Of a stretch of DNA of 64,000 nt, positions 9,254-19,697 are shown piece after piece; position 1 is the first letter of the stretch, and every line of letters begins with the position of its first letter. The DNA is from Thermomicrobiales bacterium (lineage in GTDB: Bacteria; Chloroflexota; Chloroflexia; Thermomicrobiales; UBA6265): assembly GCA_023957115.1 (NCBI GenBank), contig JAMLHN010000012.1:30829-94828 (forward strand). Direction: 5' to 3'. A program made the position numbers and the translations under genes. The notes beneath the pieces were generated by a model. It did not search any database. It was not told the origin of the DNA and worked only from the letters and a program-made list of their open reading frames with translations.

Positions 9254-10366
9254 ATGTCCACGATCAATGGTCCGAAACAGTTCGATCGGCGTCGCCTCCT
9301 CAAAGGGGCGGGTGCGGCCGGTCTGGCCCTTGGAGCGCCCATGACGCGCTCGATGCGCACCTCCGCGCAGAGCGGTGAGCTGGTCTTTCTCACCTATGCC
9401 GTTTACTCGGATCCGGTGTTGGTTGATGGATTCACCGACCAGACGAGTATCTCGATCGTTCCCGAGAATTATGGCGAGCTCGACGAGATGGTGACCAAGC
9501 TCCGGGCTCGGGGCGGCAGCGGTTACGACGTCGTCTCGGTGGCGAGCAACCTCACGAAGCAGCTCTTCGATGAGGGGCTGATTCTGCCAATCGACACCAG
9601 CCGTCTTTCGAATTGGTCCAGTCTCAATCCAGCGTTCGGTACGGCCGCCTATGTCCAAACTGGGACCGAGGGACAAGTCAGCGGTGTTCCGACAGTCTGG
9701 GGACCGGAAGGGCTCATCTACCGCACCGACCTGGTCGACGACCCGGTCGATTCGTGGGCGATTCTCTGGAACGAGAACTACAAGGGCCAGATTTCCGCGA
9801 TCGATTACGGCTACGAAATGATTCTGATCGCGGCGCTCTATCTGGGCTATCAGGATGAGCTTCGCGCGGATCCGATCGTCTTCTCGGACGAGCAGTTCGA
9901 CAATATCAAGAATGCGCTGATTGACCAAAAGCAGCTTGTCAATCGCTACTGGTCCGACGTCTCGGAAGCAGAAGCCGGGTTGGCGAGCGGCGAAACGGTA
10001 GCGACCATTGGACGAATCCTCTTCCAGACCGACCTGGAGAACGAGGGCATTCCGGTCCAGCTTGTCGCCCCCAAGGAAGGGACGCAGGGCTGGTGCACGA
10101 GCACCTGCATCGCTGCCGGGAGCCAGAATATCGATGCCGCGTACGAGTTCCTGAACTATGTCATTAGCCCCGACTATGGGCTGCCTCTGGCAGAGAGCAT
10201 GGGCTATCCATCCTCATCGAGCGTCGTTCTCTCAATGCTTCCGGAGGATGTGAGCGCTCGTATGACATTCAACGACCCGAATATCGTCGAGTCGATGATC
10301 TGGTGGCAGGCGGCTGGTGACGAACAGCGGTGGAATGACCTTTGGAACGAGGTCAAGGCGTCTTAA
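9254..10366 (+). CDS. PotD/PotF-like (polyamine-type) ABC substrate-binding protein with twin-arginine-like signal
   Basis: AAGGAGAG RBS at 9241-9248. N-terminus MSTINGPKQFDRRRLLKGAGAAGLALGAP. Followed by two permeases and a PotA-like ATPase. The ORF-track start at 8831 lies inside hyuB and is rejected. Confidence 0.85.
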   Translation: MSTINGPKQFDRRRLLKGAGAAGLALGAPMTRSMRTSAQSGELVFLTYAVYSDPVLVDGFTDQTSISIVPENYGELDEMVTKLRARGGSGYDVVSVASNLTKQLFDEGLILPIDTSRLSNWSSLNPAFGTAAYVQTGTEGQVSGVPTVWGPEGLIYRTDLVDDPVDSWAILWNENYKGQISAIDYGYEMILIAALYLGYQDELRADPIVFSDEQFDNIKNALIDQKQLVNRYWSDVSEAEAGLASGETVATIGRILFQTDLENEGIPVQLVAPKEGTQGWCTSTCIAAGSQNIDAAYEFLNYVISPDYGLPLAESMGYPSSSSVVLSMLPEDVSARMTFNDPNIVESMIWWQAAGDEQRWNDLWNEVKAS

Positions 10367-10369
10367 AGC

Positions 10370-11245
10370 GTGAAGCTATCAGGACTTGTTCCAAGGCGAC
10401 TACAGGGTCGGGCGCTTGCGCTCGGCCCAGTCGCCGCCTGGTACATCGTTTTCTTTCTCATACCGCTGGCGCTCATGCTGCGGTACAGCTTCGCATTCAC
10501 CGAGCAATCGCGTATCCAGTTCGTTTGGACGCTCGACAACTATCGCCAGGTTTTCGAAGACTCGATCTACCTCCGATTGCTCGTGAAGAGTCTGAGGCTG
10601 TCGCTTACCGTGACCGGTATTACATTGTTGATTGGCTATCCGGCTGCGTGGGCCATTGCCCGGATGCCCGATCGGCATAAGCCGAAGCTCCTGGCATTGT
10701 TAATCGTTCCCTGGTGGGCGTCGTACATCGTCCGCATCTTTGGAATGCGCATGGGGTTTGGCAACACGGGAATCATCAACTCGACGCTGAAATGGCTGGG
10801 GCTAACGGATAAACCGCTCGAATTCTTTCAATACAACTTCACTGCGGTTGCGCTGACCGAAGCCAATCTCTATCTACCGCTCATGATCATCCCGATCTAT
10901 ATGTCGGTCGAGCGGATGGACATGCGTATCGTGCAGGCGGCGTCCAGCCTTGGTTCAGGACCGATCAGAACGTTCTTCCGCGTCATTCTGCCGTTGAGCC
11001 TTCCCGGCGTGCTGACGGGATGTATTTTCGTCTTCCTTCCGGTGACTGGAACATTCATCGTTCCGTCACTCGTCGGGGGACCAAACGACATTGTCTATGG
11101 AAACCTGATCGCATCGCAGTTCGGTGAGTCCTACAACTGGCCACTGGGCTCGGCGCTCGCGATTGCCCTGTTGGCGCTTCTCGTTGTCATGCTTCGAGTT
11201 ATGACGTCGCTCGCCAGGTGGGCCTCAGGCGGAGTCGCACAGTGA
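10370..11245 (+). CDS. PotB-like ABC permease
   Basis: 291 aa; GTG 3 nt after the SBP stop; multi-TM with a permease EAA-type loop (VQAASSLGSGPIRTFFRVILPLSLPG). Confidence 0.88.
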   Translation: MKLSGLVPRRLQGRALALGPVAAWYIVFFLIPLALMLRYSFAFTEQSRIQFVWTLDNYRQVFEDSIYLRLLVKSLRLSLTVTGITLLIGYPAAWAIARMPDRHKPKLLALLIVPWWASYIVRIFGMRMGFGNTGIINSTLKWLGLTDKPLEFFQYNFTAVALTEANLYLPLMIIPIYMSVERMDMRIVQAASSLGSGPIRTFFRVILPLSLPGVLTGCIFVFLPVTGTFIVPSLVGGPNDIVYGNLIASQFGESYNWPLGSALAIALLALLVVMLRVMTSLARWASGGVAQ

Positions 11246-12126
11246 ACCTTCCCAAGCGTTTGACCAGTCTGGCGCGGGGGCTGTTCCTCGCACTCGTCTT
11301 CCTGTTTCTCTTCGCGCCCAGTGTGGTCGTCGTCGTCTTTTCGTTCAACGAATCGAGATTCTTCAGCCTGCCGATCAAGGGATACACCTTCGATTGGTAT
11401 CGGGAGATGATCCACCGCACGCCGCTGATCGACGCAACCAAGAACTCGTTCTACATCGCCACCCTCACGGTCGTAGTCTCCGTCGGGTTGGGAAGCATCA
11501 CCGGCGTGATTTTCAACCGGTGGCGCGCGAACAGGATCGTGAAGTCGATGATCTCGAGCGTGATTCCGATGCCGTTGCTGTTGCCGGGGCTCATCTGGGG
11601 ACTGGCGCTCCTTATCCTCTTTTCACGGTTCGATGTCAGGCTCTCTATCTGGACCGTACTGGCGGCCCATGTCCTGCTCACGTTACCGCTGGTCATTCTC
11701 ATCATTTCGACCCGGCTCCAGACCCTCGATCCCGCGGTGGAAGAAGCGGCCCTGTCGTTGGGCGCCACCTATCCGGAGACCCTCTATCGAGTCGTGCTTC
11801 CCCATATTGCGCCCGCCTTGCTGGCATCGGGGCTGATGACATTCACGATCTCGTTCAACGAATTCATCCTGTCGTTCTTCCTGACCGGCGGTGGTTTCAA
11901 CACACTCCCGATCTACATCTACTCGCTCATTCGCTGGGAGGCATCGCCAATCATCAATGCGATTGCCACGGTCATGCTCGTCTTCGCTGGGCTGCTCGTT
12001 CTCGCCATGTATTGGATCGAGGGAGCGCGGGCGTTGCGTGGAATCAGCCGGCAGTCAGGCGAGGGGGACCCGGCCGAGCCGGGGGCGCCGTCAGCGATCC
12101 AGGTCACGCAAGGAGCCACTTCGTAA
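11242..12126 (+). CDS. PotC-like ABC permease
   Basis: GTGA start/stop overlap with the upstream permease. VNLPKRLTSLARGLFLALVFLFLFAP...; EAA loop EEAALSLGATYPETLYRVVLPHIAP. Confidence 0.88.
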   Translation: MNLPKRLTSLARGLFLALVFLFLFAPSVVVVVFSFNESRFFSLPIKGYTFDWYREMIHRTPLIDATKNSFYIATLTVVVSVGLGSITGVIFNRWRANRIVKSMISSVIPMPLLLPGLIWGLALLILFSRFDVRLSIWTVLAAHVLLTLPLVILIISTRLQTLDPAVEEAALSLGATYPETLYRVVLPHIAPALLASGLMTFTISFNEFILSFFLTGGGFNTLPIYIYSLIRWEASPIINAIATVMLVFAGLLVLAMYWIEGARALRGISRQSGEGDPAEPGAPSAIQVTQGATS

Positions 12127-13215
12127 ATGGACCAGACAGTACAGGTCAGTCTCGAATCGGTGACCAAGACATATGACCAGGTCATCGGCGTCGAATCGCT
12201 CGATCTTCGCGTGAACAAGGGCGAGTTCTTTTCGCTTCTGGGCCCCAGTGGGTGCGGCAAGAGCACGACGCTGCGGCTGATCGCCGGGTTCGAGCAGCCC
12301 GACCGTGGGACCGTCACGATCGCTGGTCAACCGATGCAGGGCGTTCCTCCATATAAAAGGAACATTGGCATCGTTTTCCAGAGCTACGCGCTCTTTCCAC
12401 ACCTCGATGTTTTCGAGAATGTCGCGTTTGGGTTGCGGACGCGGCGGATCGCCAAGAACGAAATCCGAACGCGGGTTGCGCAGGCAATCGAAACGGTGGA
12501 GCTCACGGGGCTCGAGAAACGAAAACCACACCAGCTAAGTGGCGGCCAGCAGCAGCGTGTCGCCCTGGCCCGGGCGATCGTGATTCAACCCGATGTGCTT
12601 CTGCTGGACGAGCCACTGGGAGCGCTCGACAAGAAGCTGCGAGAAAACATGCAGGTCCGGCTGATCGAGCTTCATCGGGAGCTGGGAATCACGACCATCT
12701 ATGTCACGCACGATCAGGAAGAAGCCTTGACGATGTCCGATCGTATCGCCGTGATGAGCAGCGAAGCACACGGACTCGTTCAGCTCGACACGCCTGAGCT
12801 CCTCTACAAGAACCCCGGATCGCTCTTCGTCGCGAACTTCATCGGGACGTCGAGCGTGATCTTCGACACGCTTGCCGATGTCTCCAGTGGCTATGCCGTC
12901 ACCGATGGAGGGCTGCGTGCTCGGTGTCCTCAGGGATTCCGGGCCCAACGTGGAGCGCCGGTCGCGCTCTCCGTGCGGCCGGAGAAGATTGCCATTCGCG
13001 CAGATCTCGACGCCGAACCGGAAGCGCCCAATCGACTCCGGGGAATCGTCGAGACGATTGTCTTCCTGGGGGAGTCGACCACGTACCTGGTGCGCGCCAA
13101 AGATCGTGAATTCCGGGTCAAGCGATTTCATGACGCTGACCAACGTGTCATCCCGGAAGGCACCCCGGTGCTCCTGAGCTGGCATCCGGATGACACCAGC
13201 ATCTTCGTCCAGTAA
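12127..13215 (+). CDS. PotA-like ABC ATPase
   Basis: Walker A GPSGCGKST, signature LSGGQQQRVALARA, Walker B LLLDEP; C-terminal TOBE-like region. Confidence 0.93.
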   Translation: MDQTVQVSLESVTKTYDQVIGVESLDLRVNKGEFFSLLGPSGCGKSTTLRLIAGFEQPDRGTVTIAGQPMQGVPPYKRNIGIVFQSYALFPHLDVFENVAFGLRTRRIAKNEIRTRVAQAIETVELTGLEKRKPHQLSGGQQQRVALARAIVIQPDVLLLDEPLGALDKKLRENMQVRLIELHRELGITTIYVTHDQEEALTMSDRIAVMSSEAHGLVQLDTPELLYKNPGSLFVANFIGTSSVIFDTLADVSSGYAVTDGGLRARCPQGFRAQRGAPVALSVRPEKIAIRADLDAEPEAPNRLRGIVETIVFLGESTTYLVRAKDREFRVKRFHDADQRVIPEGTPVLLSWHPDDTSIFVQ

Positions 13216-13355
13216 ATCAATCGACGGCGCAGCCGTCACGATGCCGCGCAGGTTTGCTGGTGGTGCCATCCCGTTCGAATGGTGAATCTGAGAATCCGGC
13301 GCTCTACCCGCGCGAAGCAATTGGACGTTCGCAGGAGACATGAGGAAGGCACAAC

Positions 13356-14267
13356 GTGATCATCGATACTGAAACGCACATCATGCAATTCGCCAGACCG
13401 GCGCGGCTCAATCCGCACATGTCCATGACGAAGCACTACACCTGGCACGAGCATCCGGCGGAGCTGCTGATTGCCGAAATGGATGCCGCCGGGGTGGATA
13501 CGGTGTTTTGCATCAGTTACGACGCCGAGGACATCTGGTGGGGAATGCGGCAACGGGGATTTTCCATCGAGGATTTCGCCGGTGGACGGAAATACACACA
13601 GTTGGGCGTGCGGGATTTCCCGGATCGGTTGCTCTGGTTCAACACGCTGAAAGATCCGCGCAAATACGATCTTCCGGCTCTGATCGAGCAAGACAAGAAA
13701 GATGGCGTCACCGGACTCAAGATCTTCCCGGGCTTCATGGGGATCGATCTCGATGACCCGAAGCTCATCGAAAGTCTCGAGGTTGCCACGCAACTCGGTT
13801 TGCCACTCCTCATCTCGTTCGAGGTGCTGCGTCCGCCCGCGACCCGGAGCCTGTCAGAGTATTGCGAGCAGCTGCCTCGACTTCTCGATCGACTACCAAA
13901 TCTTCAGGTCTGTTTGCTGCATGCCGGGTGTGCGGATCCGATGACCCCGGCAATCGAGCCAATTGCCGCCCTCACGCGCCAATACCCGCAGCTCTACCTT
14001 TCGACCGCCTATCCGGGCGAGGTTTGGGACGACGGCACCGAATATCCCTTTGCTAACTATCTCGGCCGCATGAAGCGACTGGTCGAGCTGGTGGGACCGG
14101 ACAAGATGATGTGGGGAACCGACTGGCCCTGGTTCGAGCATCAATTCAAGTATCCCCAGGCCGTCGACGCGATTCGACTTCACGCCGATTTCTTCGATGC
14201 TGCCGGCCGCCAGGCCTTCCTGGGCGGGACGGCCGCAACGTACCTGCGCAAAGCGAGCGAGTCGTAA
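13356..14267 (+). CDS. Amidohydrolase-2 family (TIM-barrel metal-dependent hydrolase)
   Basis: 303 aa; N-terminal IIDTETHI metal motif, WGTDWPW near the C-terminus; GAGGAAGG RBS before the GTG. Confidence 0.8.
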   Translation: MIIDTETHIMQFARPARLNPHMSMTKHYTWHEHPAELLIAEMDAAGVDTVFCISYDAEDIWWGMRQRGFSIEDFAGGRKYTQLGVRDFPDRLLWFNTLKDPRKYDLPALIEQDKKDGVTGLKIFPGFMGIDLDDPKLIESLEVATQLGLPLLISFEVLRPPATRSLSEYCEQLPRLLDRLPNLQVCLLHAGCADPMTPAIEPIAALTRQYPQLYLSTAYPGEVWDDGTEYPFANYLGRMKRLVELVGPDKMMWGTDWPWFEHQFKYPQAVDAIRLHADFFDAAGRQAFLGGTAATYLRKASES

Positions 14268-15428
14268 ATGACACTCGTCGGGATCGGAACCGATCTGCTG
14301 GTCAGCTCGGCGATCGATGAACCTATCGAGGACGGTGTACTGATCGTCGACGATGGCCGCATCGTTTGGTCTGGCCCGTTGAGCGAACTGCCAGGGTTCC
14401 CGTGCGTCTGGAGCTCCTGGCATCCGCCGGTCCTGGCGCCGGCATTGATCGATGCGCATACGCATCTGTCGATCGAGACCCCTGGACGCGAGTTCGAGCA
14501 GCTCGAAGCGCCCGATGCCGTCATTGCCACGCGCGCTGCCCGGTTCGCGTCTGAGATTGTTCGTTCGGGGGTGGGGGGAGTGCGTTTGCTGGGCGAGCCG
14601 GGAGATCTCAGTACGCAATTCGCCGATGCGGCGGAGCACGATCCGCACGGTTGGCCATCGATCGTCTCATGTGGTCGGGGAATTCGTCCGTCGCATGCGA
14701 TCGTCTCGGTTGCTGACATTGTGGTCGATACCGAGGATGACGCCCGGCGCGGGGTCGAGCTCGTCGCGTCGAGTGGCGCGGATTGGCTTAAGCTGCATGC
14801 AACTCCGTCGAGCCTGCGCGGCGATCCCATCGAACCGCTCTTTTCGGCATCATTGCTTCGCTTGCTGATCGAGCTGGGGCATGATGCCAAGATGCGCATC
14901 GCTGTGCATTGTCACGGTGGACCGGCCGCTGATATCTGCATCGACGCGGGCGTTGATACTATCGAGCATGGTCGATTTCTGTCGGACGAGCAGCTGAAAC
15001 GAATGGCGGACTCCGGGACGACATTGGTCAGCACCGTTGGCATCGGGGCGATCGCCCGTCATCGACAGAGTGGAGAGCCGCTCCTCGCGCTTCTTTCTGA
15101 GCTGGCCGAGCCGGTCCGGCGCGCCAAACGTGCCGGCGTACAGGTGATTCCAGGTTCTGATGCCATCCACGGCCGGTTTTCGCTCGAGTTGCATGCGCTC
15201 GAATTGGCTGGGTTCACTCCCAAGGAGGTGTTCACGCAATCGACGCGTGTGGCGGCCGATATCTGCGGCTTTGCATCGTTGGGCAGCCTCGAAATCGGGA
15301 AGGTCGCCCGCGCAGTTGGCTTACGATCGAACCCATTGGACGACGTATCCGTATGGGATCGTGTGGTCGGCCTCGTTGGTCCCGGCGGCCTGCTCATACC
15401 CCATTCCGATGCGGTTGCGATGGCGTGA
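14268..15428 (+). CDS. Amidohydrolase-1 family (imidazolonepropionase / prolidase-like)
   Basis: ATG directly abuts the upstream stop. LIDAHTHL metal motif, later HCHG and GSDA motifs. Confidence 0.82.
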   Translation: MTLVGIGTDLLVSSAIDEPIEDGVLIVDDGRIVWSGPLSELPGFPCVWSSWHPPVLAPALIDAHTHLSIETPGREFEQLEAPDAVIATRAARFASEIVRSGVGGVRLLGEPGDLSTQFADAAEHDPHGWPSIVSCGRGIRPSHAIVSVADIVVDTEDDARRGVELVASSGADWLKLHATPSSLRGDPIEPLFSASLLRLLIELGHDAKMRIAVHCHGGPAADICIDAGVDTIEHGRFLSDEQLKRMADSGTTLVSTVGIGAIARHRQSGEPLLALLSELAEPVRRAKRAGVQVIPGSDAIHGRFSLELHALELAGFTPKEVFTQSTRVAADICGFASLGSLEIGKVARAVGLRSNPLDDVSVWDRVVGLVGPGGLLIPHSDAVAMA

Positions 15429-15579
15429 CGGTTGCTTCGCGCATGCGCGGCTGTGATCAGAGTTGCGCCCATCTGGGGGATGGACAGCGCGCAACCTATA
15501 CTGCTCCGAACAGCCAATCCTTCGTGCTGCCCACGTCGCTGCGCACCGGGTTCGGGTTGTGACAGGAGCACATGACATC

Positions 15580-15933
15580 ATGCAGAAGAAACACCGAATC
15601 TACACCATGCCGTTTGCTCGTGTCTATCCCGAGTATGTGGCCAAAGCGGAGCGGAAGGGCAGGAGCAAAGCCGAGGTAGACGAGATCATCTCGTGGTTGA
15701 CCGGATACGATCAGCAGGGATTGGAGACTCAGCTGGAGAAGGAGACGGATATCGAAACCTTCCTGGCCGAGGCTCCTCAGCTCAACTCGTCGCGATCCCT
15801 CATCAAGGGCGTCGTTTGTGGCGTTCGCGTCGAAGATATCGAAGAAGAGACCATGCGGGAGATCCGTTATCTCGACAAACTGATCGACGAGCTGGCTAAG
15901 GGCAAGTCGATGGAGAAGATCCTGCGGTCGTAA
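15580..15933 (+). CDS. DUF2200-family protein
   Basis: 117 aa, [43 protein letters not shown]...[23 protein letters not shown], matching my memory of DUF2200. The ORF-track start at 15463 is judged too early. Confidence 0.75.
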   Translation: MQKKHRIYTMPFARVYPEYVAKAERKGRSKAEVDEIISWLTGYDQQGLETQLEKETDIETFLAEAPQLNSSRSLIKGVVCGVRVEDIEEETMREIRYLDKLIDELAKGKSMEKILRS

Positions 15934-16144
15934 CCGCGAGCTCGTGCGAAAGCGCCGCTGGCGCCAGCAGCCCACCCACACTCCGTAGCCGCCGGCCCGG
16001 TGCTTCCGGAGTGCGGTAGATCTCCAGGTAATTACCCGGATTCCATATCAGCCCCGTAGCTCATGTCCGGCGCCCCGAACATGCGTGAATCCAGTCCGCA
16101 CCGGGACGCTGAAAGCCGCGAATCCTCGGTTGTCTTTCTGCCCT

Positions 16145-16804
16145 TTACGCGGGTCTGGGAATGACGACGTGCTCCTTCAGCACCCAGAACGTGCCATCGG
16201 TGCGGGCATAGTTGGCGACATCCGCCCATGCGGCGGCAACTTCGGGCGTCGTGCGAGAGTATTCGAACGCCTCTTCGTTCTCGTACCACTGCTGGACGAA
16301 CGCCTCCGATTCGAGTTCACCTCGTACCCGGCGAATGACTTCGTTGACCACATAGCCCTTCAGCCCCGGTGCTTTGGATGAAATTCCGGCATGGACATCG
16401 AGCCAGTACTCCATAAATGCGTCCGCGGTGAAGTCATCGCGTTTGTAGGCCGTCCCCATTGTTTTCAGGTATCCCGGTTCGGTGGGAGGCGGAATGATCA
16501 CATGCTCTTTCACCAGCCAGAAGGTCCCGTCGGTGCGCGCGTAATTGCCGACGTCCTCCCAGGCGGCTTCGAGCTCCGGTGTGCCGCCCGTCGCCTCGAA
16601 GCTCGCTTCGTCGTCGAACCATTGCTCGACAAATGCCTCGGTGACGAACTCCCCCATCAACCGCCGGACGACTTCGTTCACAACATAGCCGCGCAATCCC
16701 GGAATCTTTTGCGAGATCGGTGCGTGGACGTCGATCCAATACTGGAAGAACTCCTCTGTTGTGAAATCATCCCGCTTGTAGGCGGTTCCGACACATTTGA
16801 TCAT
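16145..16804 (-). CDS. Tandem double EthD-domain protein
   Basis: Two colinear ~105-aa halves (GTAYKRDDFT...YWxDVHAxIS...GYVVNEVxRR...YARTDGTFW). ATG at 16804 is 8 nt after AGGAG. Confidence 0.8.
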   Translation of the reverse strand: MIKCVGTAYKRDDFTTEEFFQYWIDVHAPISQKIPGLRGYVVNEVVRRLMGEFVTEAFVEQWFDDEASFEATGGTPELEAAWEDVGNYARTDGTFWLVKEHVIIPPPTEPGYLKTMGTAYKRDDFTADAFMEYWLDVHAGISSKAPGLKGYVVNEVIRRVRGELESEAFVQQWYENEEAFEYSRTTPEVAAAWADVANYARTDGTFWVLKEHVVIPRPA

Positions 16805-16856
16805 GACTTCCACTCCTGTAGTTCAACGTTGGCACGTTCGATTTCTCTGATCTCGA

Positions 16857-17519
16857 TCAGGATGCGCTCGCTCGCCGGCCAGGTAGCGCATGCCTCGCCA
16901 GCATCCGTTGCTCGGCCAGAAACGAGACGATGCGTTCGACCAGTTGACTGCTGTACGGTCCGGTCAGGAGATCGACGCCCTGTGCGTCGGTCGGCATCGA
17001 CACCAGCATGGCCCAGCCGATCGAGCGATTCCGGGCCTTCCGAATCTCTTCGCTCAGCTGCTCCGACCGGCTGCCTACGGCGAAGAGCTTCGCTTCGCCC
17101 CGACCGCGCAGCGCATCGGCCTGGCCGCCGCGGAACACGGGAGACAGCAGGATCGATGCGTCGATCGGCGTGGTCGACGAGAACTCCAGGATCTGCGTCG
17201 CTGAATCGCCGGCGCCAGCCAGCGCAACCCAAGCGGCTCCGTTCGTCCGCGCAAACGCCAGGAGCACCGCAATATCTGCGCCGCACAGCGTGTCATCCCA
17301 CGCGCCATCGGAGGCGCCATGACCTCGCAGATCGACGGTCAGCACGGTTCGCTCGGGCGTCACAATGGCTGGCAACAGTGGACGCCAACCGTCGAGATCC
17401 CGCTCTGCGCCGGGCTCGTGCAACAGGATGATCCAGTCAGGACCGTTTCCCCATTGTTGTCCGCGAAGGACAGCGCCATCCTCCGCTGGTATCTCTACTG
17501 GAAGCACCCGGATGTCCAT
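16857..17519 (-). CDS. Alpha/beta-hydrolase-fold protein
   Basis: MDIRVLPVE... start shares 1 nt with the upstream stop (TGATG). WIILLHEPG, then a GAGDSAT nucleophile-elbow-like segment (non-canonical GxSxG). Confidence 0.7.
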   Translation of the reverse strand: MDIRVLPVEIPAEDGAVLRGQQWGNGPDWIILLHEPGAERDLDGWRPLLPAIVTPERTVLTVDLRGHGASDGAWDDTLCGADIAVLLAFARTNGAAWVALAGAGDSATQILEFSSTTPIDASILLSPVFRGGQADALRGRGEAKLFAVGSRSEQLSEEIRKARNRSIGWAMLVSMPTDAQGVDLLTGPYSSQLVERIVSFLAEQRMLARHALPGRRASAS

Positions 17520-18469
17520 CACATGCGACCCCGATGACGCACCCATGCGTCTTCGCCGAAACATGCCACCATGTGATCCGGCTGCCCCGAAACCGCCTGC
17601 AAACTCCCACTCCCGGTGCATGCGCCAATCGCTGCCCGTGCTGCTTCATAGTCGAGCAGTGTCGGGGGCGTTCCTCCAACGATCAGCGACGGTACGGCCG
17701 AAAGAAGCGTCTGCGTGTAGGGATGCACGGGATTGGAAAAAACCTCGACCGCTGGACCGATTTCCACGATCTGCCCCAAATACATGACAGCCACCCGGTC
17801 TGCCATATGCCGGATGACGCTCATGTCATGGCTGATGAAGAGATAGGTGAGACCAAGTCTGTCCTGCAAGTCGCGCATCAGATTGAGAATCTGGCTCTGC
17901 ATCGATACGTCGAGCGCGCTGACCGGCTCATCCGCCACGACGAAGATCGGATCGACGGCCAACGCCCGCGCGATGCTGAGCCGCTGTCGTTGACCGCCTG
18001 AGAACTCGTGCGGAAATCGCCGGGCTGCATCGGCGGGGAGCTGGACGAGATCGAGCAGCTCCGCGACCCGTGCCTTTCGCTCTGACTTCGATCGTCCGGA
18101 GTCGGGCATGCCCTCGGCGACGATGACTTCGCCTTTCATGCGTGGGTCGAGCGATTCGAAGGGATCCTGAAAGATGATTTGCGCCTTGCGGCGGAACTCC
18201 TGCATCTGACCCTTGTTTGAGCCCAGCACGTCCTGTCCGTCAAAACGCACGGAGCCGGATGTTGGCTCGATGAGCCGCAGAACCAGCCGGGCGAGGGTCG
18301 ATTTGCCCGAGCCTGACTCCCCCACCAATGCCAGGGTTTCCCCTCGCTGCACCTGCAAGCTCACATCGTCAACGGCAGAGACGAAGGCGGTGGATCTCCC
18401 GAAAAAATCGGTGGCCACCGGGAATCGCTTCACGAGATTGTTGACGGTCAGCAGCGGCTCAGTCGACAT
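17519..18469 (-). CDS. DppF/OppF-like ABC ATPase
   Basis: Starts [17 protein letters not shown]. Walker [10 protein letters not shown], signature [14 protein letters not shown], Walker B VVADEP; oligopeptide C-terminal domain. Overlaps the upstream ATPase by 11 nt. Confidence 0.92.
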   Translation of the reverse strand: MSTEPLLTVNNLVKRFPVATDFFGRSTAFVSAVDDVSLQVQRGETLALVGESGSGKSTLARLVLRLIEPTSGSVRFDGQDVLGSNKGQMQEFRRKAQIIFQDPFESLDPRMKGEVIVAEGMPDSGRSKSERKARVAELLDLVQLPADAARRFPHEFSGGQRQRLSIARALAVDPIFVVADEPVSALDVSMQSQILNLMRDLQDRLGLTYLFISHDMSVIRHMADRVAVMYLGQIVEIGPAVEVFSNPVHPYTQTLLSAVPSLIVGGTPPTLLDYEAARAAIGACTGSGSLQAVSGQPDHMVACFGEDAWVRHRGRM

Positions 18470-19478
18470 AGGGCGTTGGGTTGAAGCAGCGCAACGCGTG
18501 CCGAGGCTCATTCTCGACGAGCTGTGGATGGCGTTGCGTGCAAATCGGAATCCGGTTTCGACATCTGGCAGCAAAGCGGCATCCGCTGGGCATCGCGCGA
18601 AGCTCGGGCACACGCCCCGGAATGACATAGAGACGATCCTGCCGGTCTGTCAGGTAGGGCATGCTGCGAAGCAATCCCTGGGTGTAGGGGTGTTGTGGAT
18701 TGGCAAAAATCTGCTGCACCGGGCCAATCTCGACCACCTCGCCCGCGTACATCACCGCAACTCGGTCGGCAATCTCGTGAACCACGCCCAGGTTGTGCGT
18801 GATCAGCAACACGCTCAACCCCATATCGCGGCGAAGCTCAGCAATGAGATCGAGAATTTGCGCCTGAATGGTGACATCGAGTGCGGTCGTCGGCTCGTCG
18901 GCAATCAGGAGCTGGGGATTCATCACCAGCGCCAGCGCCATCATGACTCGCTGTCGCATTCCGCCGGAGAACTGGTGCGGGTAACTGTCCAGACGGGACG
19001 CGGCATTCGTAATACCGAGCCGGTCGAGCATCTGAGCCGCTCGTTCGCGCGCTTCGGCTTTCGACACATTCGAATGCGCGTGGATGACTTCGGTAATCTG
19101 CGTGCCGACGGTGAACGACGGGTCCAGCGCGGTCATCGGTTCCTGGAAGACCATGGAAATCCGGTTGCCGCGAATGCTCCGCATGGCACGCTCGTTCAGC
19201 GTCGTCAAATCGACACCATCGAAGAGAATAGCCCCGCCGGTGATTGCGGCATTGACTGGTATCAACCGTAGAATAGACAGGGCCGTCATCGACTTCCCGC
19301 AGCCACTCTCACCCACCACGCCGAAGATCTCGCCGCGGCTGACCGAGAACGACACATGGTCGACCGCGGCAACGTCGCTCTTGCGGCCCTTGATCGACGT
19401 GACGAGATCACGAACCTGGAGCAGCGGCGCCGTGCCCGAGCCAGAATCGATGTCAGCGGTGGGAACCATCGCAGTCAT
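18459..19478 (-). CDS. DppD/OppD-like ABC ATPase
   Basis: ATG 8 nt after GGAG. Walker [10 protein letters not shown], signature [20 protein letters not shown]; C-terminal CRFAARC motif. Confidence 0.92.
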   Translation of the reverse strand: MTAMVPTADIDSGSGTAPLLQVRDLVTSIKGRKSDVAAVDHVSFSVSRGEIFGVVGESGCGKSMTALSILRLIPVNAAITGGAILFDGVDLTTLNERAMRSIRGNRISMVFQEPMTALDPSFTVGTQITEVIHAHSNVSKAEARERAAQMLDRLGITNAASRLDSYPHQFSGGMRQRVMMALALVMNPQLLIADEPTTALDVTIQAQILDLIAELRRDMGLSVLLITHNLGVVHEIADRVAVMYAGEVVEIGPVQQIFANPQHPYTQGLLRSMPYLTDRQDRLYVIPGRVPELRAMPSGCRFAARCRNRIPICTQRHPQLVENEPRHALRCFNPTPYVD

Positions 19479-19697
19479 GCGCGTCGCTCCGCCGCAACAC
19501 ACGTAGACATCCTGGGACAACGCGACGTAACGCGCATCGGCAGTCGCTGCAGCTCAACATGAAGCGGCCGGCGCGGCCAGAAGAACCGCAGCCTCGACTC
19601 CTCCGATCCGCCACGGGGAAGGAGACATGCGCTGACTGCGATTGCCGCGAGGTCGTGCGGGGCGTTCTGGCGTTGGCAGGACTGCGGAATCATGGAT

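Noticed and set aside
16391-17431. 346-aa plus-strand ORF
   Set aside because: It is antisense to the EthD and alpha/beta hydrolase genes, and its translation is Arg/Pro/Ser-rich without motifs.
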